Positions 37,311 through 40,586 of a stretch of DNA of 40,586 nt are shown here, one piece after another. Numbering within the stretch: the first letter of the stretch is position 1; every line of letters begins with the position of its first letter. The position numbers and the translations under genes were made by a program. Source of the stretch: Chromatiaceae bacterium (lineage in GTDB: Bacteria; Pseudomonadota; Gammaproteobacteria; DTRM01); the NCBI GenBank assembly GCA_012965975.1, contig DTRM01000027.1:1-40586 (forward strand), written 5' to 3'. The notes beneath the pieces are model-generated. The model was not told the DNA's origin, did not search any database, and saw nothing but the letters and a program-made list of their open reading frames with translations.

Positions 37311-37674
37311 TCCAGTCGTAGTAATCGGCTTGGGGACGGTACCGCGTACTCTCGAAAAGACCGCTATCATGAATTTCAGGGATTCTATGGGTAACGACAT
37401 CCCAAATGATCTCGGTATCGAGTGCAAAATAATGATGCGCATTGATATCACGGAATTTTGCGGCCTCAGACCATTCAATCTCTGGCATACCAGAAAGCAA
37501 ATCGGGTGGTAGCTTGTTGGCGGCTTCACCAATGACTTGAAGGTTGAACAGAACCGCGTCCAGAAGAACTTCATTGTCGCAGAATGCTTAAAACGATAAC
37601 TGACTAACAGTGCGTTGGATCCTCTCTGCCGCTTTAACAATATCGTCCAGATACAGCAGCGGGTCACGTGACAC
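37192..37674 (-). pseudogene. HepT (DUF86) toxin-like gene interrupted by an in-frame TAA
   Basis: Reading from GTG 37674 gives VSRDPLLYLDDIVKAAERIQRTVSQLSF*AFCDNEVLLDAVLFNLQVIGEAANKLPPDLLSGMPEIEWSEAAKFRDINAHHYF..., with the stop at 37588-37590. The DUF86 Rx4HxY motif is present (RDINAHHY). The C-terminus runs abnormally long into the 3' end of rseC. Confidence 0.6.
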
Positions 37675-38053
37675 GAATCAGATCCTTCTCCACAGCTGGG
37701 CGAGCACGAGGTTTCAGCCCGGATTCGGTTACCAGATCAACCACATTTCCTAAAAGCTACTCGAGAAAACGATTCGGTTTTATGTCAGCATCGAAAGTAG
37801 CTGGGCCATCGAACTCGACAAGGACATCGACGTCGCTATCGTTGCATGCATCGTCACGCGCGGTCGAACCGAACAGCCCTAGATGTCTGACGGAATAGTT
37901 ATTGATGATTTCATCCTGATGTGATGTCAGGATTTCCAGATCCTGTTCTCGAAGCGCAGTGGGGAATGGGGGAGGTCGTTGTATGTTTCGGGCGGCTGGG
38001 CAGAAATCGCATTGATCGGGGCTGGTTGGTCTGATCGTATTTACAAAAGCCAT
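37664..38053 (-). pseudogene. MNT (MntA-type nucleotidyltransferase) antitoxin-like gene interrupted by an in-frame TAG
   Basis: The sequence reads ...HLGLFGSTARDDACNDSDVDVLVEFDGPATFDADIKPNRFLE*LLGNVVDLVTESGLKPRARPAVEKDLIRVT*. The TAG at 37757-37759 sits where family members continue (LE.LLG..VDLVT). The terminal TGA (37664-66) overlaps the HepT GTG start, giving typical toxin-antitoxin coupling. Confidence 0.6.
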
Positions 38054-39495
38054 TGAACGATGGCGTAACGGCTGCGGCCATTGCTCGGTGTGATCGAGTG
38101 ATAGGCGGGATCGCGCACGAAGTCGGTCACCACTAATCGATTGTATTCCGGTGTGATCTGATCAAGCAAAAATAGTTCCGCCGGCTTAACGCCCCCCTGT
38201 TTGACCAGATGGGTCGTCAATGTGCGGTGTTCGTTGAGAAAGTCCAGACGTTCATCTTTGTAGTCTTTCCAGCGAAACTCGACCGCATCAGCGGAAAGAG
38301 GTTCTGTGCGCGCCACCTCTGCCCAGAGTTGCAGGATTGCCCCATCGCTTTCCTTCCAGTCTTTGTTTAAGTAGGTTAACGCAGCAAGGACTACAGATTT
38401 ACGATTGGTTCGATCGGTGTGAATCCAGAACCCCTTGCTGTCGGGATCGTGCGCACGCAGTTTGACGCTGGTTTCACCATTTCCGACGACCAATTTAGTA
38501 TCCGTATACTCAGCTAGCAAGCGGTGCCATGAAGGATGGTAAAACAGTTCGCCCCCCAGAGATCCGCGCCGAGCCGGGGCCCATTTTGAGTCATAAGGGA
38601 GCCCCTTGTCATCCGGGGAAAATTCTAAATGACAATGTTGCTCAATATACTCATCAAGAATCGCTTCGTTAAAGAAGTTATCCAGACATGCGTATTTGGC
38701 AAAGGGTTTTGCCTGACTTGATGCTTTTATCTCCTGAATAGTATCGGGTTCTAGGTAATAGGGGGTCACCCATTTCTTTAAGATGGGGTCTTGGTCGTAT
38801 CGCTCCGCCGCTTTTACCGGTGATATCGCCGCACTGATAGAGTGGGAATGGTTCAGCTGTGGATCAATCGAATCGATGGCAGTTTGGATGGCGTTATCTG
38901 ATGGCCATGGTCGGTCTTCAAAGATGGAAGGTCGTTGACCAAATACAAAGGCAATAATGGACTCCACCTGTGTCTTAGGGTCATCCGTCAGTTCATCAAA
39001 ATCGATCTTCAGAAGATCCGGAGAATGGGTGTCAATGAACTCATCGATTTGACGCAAAAGCCATTCAAAATGCGTTCGGGTTTTGTTCTCATCGCTGCCG
39101 GGCCATTTGCGTTTAAAGCTCCGCAGGCATGCCGATGGAGCTCGCACGCACTGGATGACCTTGTAATGGTAACCTTCTAGTGCGGGCGCAAAATCGAGTA
39201 TCGCTTCAAGGGTTTCAGGCTCCTTTATCCCCCATAGCGGGTAGTGGATAAACCGATTGATTATGAACCGTTCGATGTGAGTCAGGACAGAACGATCATT
39301 GCGATACTGATACAGCAGTCGGCGAAATTGTGCGTCCTCAAAGTGTCCTTTCGGATTCGCCTCAGTCGCGGGCACAAGTTTCTCGCCCATCATGACACCT
39401 AGGTGGTGAAGGATTCCGGCGACGGCGCTGGAACCACTACCGTAGGTTCCTAGCACAATTATTCCCAGAGAGTTTGAAGCATCAACGTGTGACAT
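38041..39495 (-). CDS. two-domain protein: N-terminal sulfotransferase-like domain fused to a C-terminal 2OG-Fe(II) oxygenase domain
   Basis: 484 aa. The N-terminus has a PAPS-loop-like GTYGSGSSAVAGILHHLGV...NPKGHFED. The C-terminus has WIHTDRTNRKSV (HxD), LTYLNKDWKESDGAILQLW, and NRLVV...AYHSITPSNGRSRYAIVQW (distal His and Arg), typical of the 2OG-FeII_Oxy_3-like fold. Confidence 0.6.
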   Translation of the reverse strand: MSHVDASNSLGIIVLGTYGSGSSAVAGILHHLGVMMGEKLVPATEANPKGHFEDAQFRRLLYQYRNDRSVLTHIERFIINRFIHYPLWGIKEPETLEAILDFAPALEGYHYKVIQCVRAPSACLRSFKRKWPGSDENKTRTHFEWLLRQIDEFIDTHSPDLLKIDFDELTDDPKTQVESIIAFVFGQRPSIFEDRPWPSDNAIQTAIDSIDPQLNHSHSISAAISPVKAAERYDQDPILKKWVTPYYLEPDTIQEIKASSQAKPFAKYACLDNFFNEAILDEYIEQHCHLEFSPDDKGLPYDSKWAPARRGSLGGELFYHPSWHRLLAEYTDTKLVVGNGETSVKLRAHDPDSKGFWIHTDRTNRKSVVLAALTYLNKDWKESDGAILQLWAEVARTEPLSADAVEFRWKDYKDERLDFLNEHRTLTTHLVKQGGVKPAELFLLDQITPEYNRLVVTDFVRDPAYHSITPSNGRSRYAIVQWLL

Positions 39496-39895
39496 GGGGT
39501 AATTTTGCCGGTTGGTTTCGGCAATATCAAATTTATGTTCTCTTGTGCCGGGTCATGCCCAAGACAACACAAGTTTATTAACCTAACGCAACAAGCGGAC
39601 CAGACTGGGCGGTCTGATCCGCTTGTTCATGAATGACCCCCCTGGGTTGATGGTGCCCCGACGGGTCGCTCGGCGTATATCTCGAACGGCCTTCTCGGCA
39701 GTGGATTTGGTGTATTTTCTCGGCATCATCGTTCCCTCTATGGGTTAACGATGAGCTAAAACTGTCTCTTAGGTAATCAGGCTGGTTTGTCCAACTTGGG
39801 CTGACGGGATACAGGGCGGGCATTAAGAATATTGATTGTTTAAGGAAGTCTTCTGAAATCAATGAAGGCATGGGCTGTAACTGTTTTTATGTGTT

Positions 39896-40586
39896 TCAAT
39901 TTTCATTGTAAAACCGAGGTAGGAGTGTAGTGATAGATGACTCAAGAAGTTTACTCACAACTGACATTGTAAAATTAGTGCGTACTGTCTCTCGCCCCGC
40001 TTCACCAAATCGAGCACAGAGAGAGTAATCGGAAAGTAGTAATTTAATTGCATCCGCTAATGCTTCAGAATCTTCAATGGGGGTAAGTAAACCATCCTTC
40101 TTATCAGTGAGAATTTCAATCGGCCCTTCGCTTCTAGTTGATATGCAGGGTACTGCTTCGTTCATCGCTTCAATTAAAACGATACCGAATGGTTCATGTT
40201 TTGAAGGTAACACAAAAATATCAATACTCTTAAAAAATTCATCTTTGTCATTTATCCACCCAAGCATAGTTATTTCGTTTGTAAGGTTCGCTTGTTTTAT
40301 TTCAGAATACAGTTTTTCTTTGTTCGGACCATCACCGCCAAGAATTGCATTGCACTGTATGCCTGAATTTTTCAGGATTGAGAGCGCCTTAATGTATATC
40401 CCAAACCCCTTTTTGTCGACAAATCTGCCAAATGCACCTATCACTGGTGGAGTCCTAAGAGTCGGACGATTAGGAGTTTCGGAAAATGCCACCATGTTTG
40501 GAATATGAAATATTTTTTCTTCTGGAATTCCAAAGGAATGCATTCGTTCTACTAATTTCTTTGTGATACAAAAGATGGCGTCGCAT
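39896..40586 (-). CDS. family-1 (GT4-type) glycosyltransferase, 5'-truncated by the window edge
   Basis: The C-terminal Glycos_transf_1 domain is present (GGDGPNKEKL, IFVLPSKHEPFGIVLIEAMNEAVPCIST, DGLLTP). The frame stays open upstream of M at 40543 to the window end (...CDAIFCITKKLVER). The region is visibly AT-rich relative to the rest of the window. Confidence 0.85.
   Translation of the reverse strand, partial: CDAIFCITKKLVERMHSFGIPEEKIFHIPNMVAFSETPNRPTLRTPPVIGAFGRFVDKKGFGIYIKALSILKNSGIQCNAILGGDGPNKEKLYSEIKQANLTNEITMLGWINDKDEFFKSIDIFVLPSKHEPFGIVLIEAMNEAVPCISTRSEGPIEILTDKKDGLLTPIEDSEALADAIKLLLSDYSLCARFGEAGRETVRTNFTMSVVSKLLESSITTLLPRFYNEN

Noticed and set aside
37245-37667. A 140-aa minus-strand ORF across the HepT region.
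   Set aside because: It is an off-frame reading of the DUF86 pseudogene. The DUF86 motifs appear only in the other frame, which is interrupted by a TAA.
39578-39871. A 97-aa minus-strand ORF in the spacer upstream of the sulfotransferase-oxygenase gene.
   Set aside because: It has no recognisable motifs or SD. It overlaps, in another frame, the short transposase-like reading and the hairpin, so it is probably non-coding.
1-40586. A CRISPR array, integron attC sites, prophage, or intact IS element.
   Set aside because: I saw no regularly spaced direct repeats and no integrase, transposase or phage structural genes in any frame. The only candidate is a possible short transposase relic near 39.6-39.7 kb.

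Overview
This looks like a chromosomal window from a moderately GC-rich gammaproteobacterium; the protein similarities and REP-like hairpins resemble Pseudomonadales or Cellvibrionales. Everything here is read by eye from the sequence and the ORF translations. No searches were run, so family calls rest on motifs.

nt 1-21,300 is housekeeping: ribE-ribB(X)-ribH-nusB-thiL-pgpA, a GGDEF/EAL sensor, folE2, xseB-ispA, rubrerythrin plus DUF3501, parE-parC, DUF1015, a RelA-type (p)ppGpp synthetase, tRNA-Val, gltX-glnS, tRNA-Ala and tRNA-Glu.

After the tRNAs the content becomes accessory. (i) nt ~21.9-27.5 kb holds a putatively sigma54/NtrC-controlled NitT/TauT-type ABC operon. Its binding protein carries a C-terminal extra domain. 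The operon also encodes an unknown membrane protein with a Cys-Cys pair, an SCO1/SenC protein and a dihaem cytochrome c4. (ii) nt 27.5-37.3 kb is a tightly packed, co-directional 13-gene cluster: GntR/HutC regulator, AprA-like flavoprotein, truncated AprB-like ferredoxin, HEAT-repeat protein, 7Fe ferredoxin FdxA, RnfABCDGE and RseC.

The best candidate for an undescribed system is this ferredoxin/Rnf-coupled AprAB-like redox module, possibly fed by the adjacent transporter.

The right end (37.2-40.6 kb) looks like a decaying or foreign patch. It holds an MNT/HepT toxin-antitoxin pair with one in-frame stop in each gene, a sulfotransferase::2OG-Fe(II)-oxygenase fusion, a possible transposase relic, and a visibly AT-rich glycosyltransferase gene that runs off the window.
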